Assembly (NCBI GenBank): GCA_051362555.1
Contig: CM120640.1
Span: 56,646,788 to 56,710,787 of the forward strand
DNA from: Lingula anatina
Taxonomy: Eukaryota; Animalia; Brachiopoda
DNA length: 64,000 nucleotides
Reading direction: 5' to 3'
Positions 61,441 through 64,000 of this stretch are shown piece by piece. The translations under genes and the position numbers were made by a program. The notes under the pieces were generated by a model. It was not told the origin of the DNA, ran no database searches, and saw only the letters and a program-made list of their open reading frames with translations. The number at the start of each line of letters is the position of its first letter. Position 1 is the stretch's first letter.

Positions 61441-63381
61441 TCACTCGTCATCAGTTTCTCCATCACTGGATAAAGTCTGTTGGCACTGAGATCTTGTGGG
61501 AGACTGAACAACATGAGCAATTTTCCTATAGCGGTCCAGCCATTCGTCCATCATTTGGCGAACCTGTGTGGGCTGCTTGCCAAACTTCTGCTGTGCAACA
61601 AGTAATCCACCATCAGTGACACAACAGTCTAACCAGTCCCTGAGAATGGCTTCCTCTTTACCAGTCTGCGTGAGAGGAAATAATAGAGTTGACAAACAAA
61701 TTATCGATGTATAATCTATCATGCAAAATGCAAAAAAGCTAACTGCATTACGTCCCATTAGATGAACTGCTTTTTATGACACATCCTATTTGAGAAGTTT
61801 CAACTAACACAACTACATATCAAGTTAAAACATACCAGAAAAAAACTAATTGTAAATACAGTGGCAAATCAGGTACCTTGACTAATGGCATATTGCCACC
61901 TTAAAGCTACCATGATAACAATTTGAAGGTAAAGCAACTCTACAACAAACATAAACAGGTTCAAAAAAGATGTGTGCACGGAGCAATTACTTACCTCTGA
62001 GGCTGTGAGAAAATGAACAGGGAGAAGCTTCCCTTCACTGTCTGTCAATGGCAAGTAAGCAGTTTGAGCATCCTCATTGGTATCTATATTAGCACCAGCT
62101 CCTACGTTCTCATCTGTGTCTATCTCCATGGCAACTAAGGCAGAAAAATGCCCCCTGGTGTAGCCCAGAGCAATGGGTGTCTTCCAACAGAAACTCTGCT
62201 CCCACAACAGAGGCAGGTACACACCTAGAACATGATATAAAAATTCAATTTTACGTCACAAAGAAAATATGCATGATATGTACATTTGAAAAAACTTGAC
62301 ATGGAATTTTAAGTCACTTATGCTTTCTAAAAGTCTTCAAACTGTCCCAGTGATATGGTACAAAATGCAAGAGTCAAATGAAGACTTAAATGAAAATAAG
62401 TGTACAAACAAACACAGGAATTATTCTTCACATGAGATGCATTTACCTTGAAATCTTGCAATTCCAATATTTTCTCCTCTAAAATTCTTGACAAATTTAA
62501 CTCCATAAACAATTATAGGTCTCCTTAGGATATGTGCCACTGCAAAAATATGGATCTGTTCCAGCGCAGCTCCTAAAGGATAAGAATACATATAAATTGT
62601 TATAGTAAGAAGATAACGCTTTTTTAAATGTCTACAACTCAAATTTGAAATCATCCTGGCAATAGTCTTCATTGTGAAACATTCTTTCAAGATATTCTAA
62701 CCTGCTTTTTTCCCATGCTTTAGAATTGACTTTAAGAGTCAGTATAATATCACAACAAAAACTTACCTGGTTGGCCAGCTAGACTGAGAAGTATGGCCCA
62801 GTCTTGCTGCCACTGGTTCTCCTCTAGACTGAACTGCATGGTCTGGGCCTGTACAGACTCATACTCTTTCCATCTTGGATAGAATCTACAAACAGCAAGG
62901 TCATCCTTACAGATTACCAGATTTCCCAATGATATCATATGAAAACTTAATTTTCAACATATAAACACCTAAGATGATTATTAATTTCCCTTGATTTTAA
63001 AAGTGATTTTCTCAAGAGAACAAAAAAAAATTTTTTTTTAAATATTGTTCATTTGAATGTTGTGTATTTTAGCACAACAATCCTGTATTCCTGCTACAAA
63101 TACAATAATAATAATAATAAACAATACTTGTATTTCCAAATATTCTTGACACAGGAAGGGTTAGAGTGTAGAGGTCACTCACGTGCAAGCTCCCTCAGTC
63201 AAGCTGTCTGACATGGCCCTCCGTAATGTGTTGTCCCTGTCAAAAATTCCCCAAGTGGACTGGAGCACTGAGTCTAGGAGGCAGTCCCCAGCTGTACGGT
63301 TCCACAGAGCATACAACCTACTGCCAAGCCTCTCTGTAATCTCATGGCTCCAATTGATGATTTGCTCTTCTACTTCCAATT
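61441..63381 (-). CDS. ZRANB1: Ubiquitin thioesterase ZRANB1/TRABID, last 5 exons (OTU domain); the gene continues beyond the window
   Basis: Exons 63183-63381, 62767-62885, 62447-62572, 61995-62224, 61441-61665. Motifs: SRLYALWNRTAGDCLLDS (catalytic Cys), LEQIHIFAVAHILRRPIIVYGVK, GVYLPLLWE, PIALGYTRGHFSALV (His), DWLDCCVTDGG, and the C-terminus SSDGETDDE*. Confidence 0.95.
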
Positions 63382-63647
63382 CTACAACATATGGTATAAA
63401 TGTGTGAAAAACAACTAGTATATGCAATTACACAAAGACATGATCAATTCTGCTTGGGTTTACTAAAACTACCCATAACATTTTAAAAGAGCTTTTGCAA
63501 TATAAAATTTGAAGTTTGTTGAACAATACCACTTCGCACAAAAGATAAATTAATACAATATGCCAACATGTAAAACTACTGCATGTGTTAGCAAGAGTTT
63601 GTAGTTTTGTGATTGGCAGATAAAAACATCCAATGAAGTTCAGTTTT

Positions 63648-63890
63648 AGGTCCATAAACTTTACTTTGTTACTACATTAACAAATGAATTGTAAATTGAA
63701 AATATTACAATGATATCTTTTCATGCCACTTGTCTTGTTAAAAATAAACAAGAAAGAAATAAAACCTTACAGGTCCATAAACTTTATGTTGTTATTACAT
63801 TAACAAATGAAATGCAAATTGACAAAATTACAATGATTTTTTTATGCTACTCATCTTGTTGAATATAAACAACAATGAAATAGAACCTAA
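63648..63890. repeat. Diverged ~123-bp tandem duplication in a ZRANB1 intron
   Basis: aggtccataaacttta...tacattaacaaatgaa...tcttgtt at 63648 and 63771. Confidence 0.85.
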
Positions 63891-64000
63891 TGTGCAGCTT
63901 TTACACCTGGTGTTTACATTACCAATTACACTTGACATATTATACAGCATACCTAGCAGATTCTTTATTAGGGAAAAATCCATATTCTCGTCTTTATGTC

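Noticed and set aside
63953-64000. Possible ZRANB1 exon end at the window edge (donor GTATGC)
   Set aside because: The translation does not resemble the TRABID sequence expected before ELEVEEQIINWS, and it is truncated by the window.

Overview
AT-rich animal genomic DNA, probably lophotrochozoan or molluscan (inferred from gene and repeat content). Five multi-exon genes can be spliced by hand with consistent GT-AG phases: ARHGAP19-like RhoGAP (-), ANAPC4 (+, head-to-head with ARHGAP19), a secreted beta-lactamase/PBP-fold serine hydrolase (-), MGAT2 (+) and the 3' part of ZRANB1/TRABID (-). The main result is a sixth gene that the ORF track shows only in fragments. It has 3 exons and is nested antisense in the 13.3-kb intron of ANAPC4. 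It encodes a 236-aa secreted protein with a type VI secretion amidase effector (Tae4/Dae4)-like domain, with Ser at the catalytic Cys position, followed by a His/Lys/Arg-rich tail. It lies about 8 kb from the beta-lactamase-fold gene. Also present: a candidate bidirectional CDE/CHR-CCAAT cell-cycle promoter, a BEL/Pao relic, many MITEs and a 3-kb Helentron-like element carrying a 146-bp satellite. All calls come from manual reading and motif recall. No searches were run.
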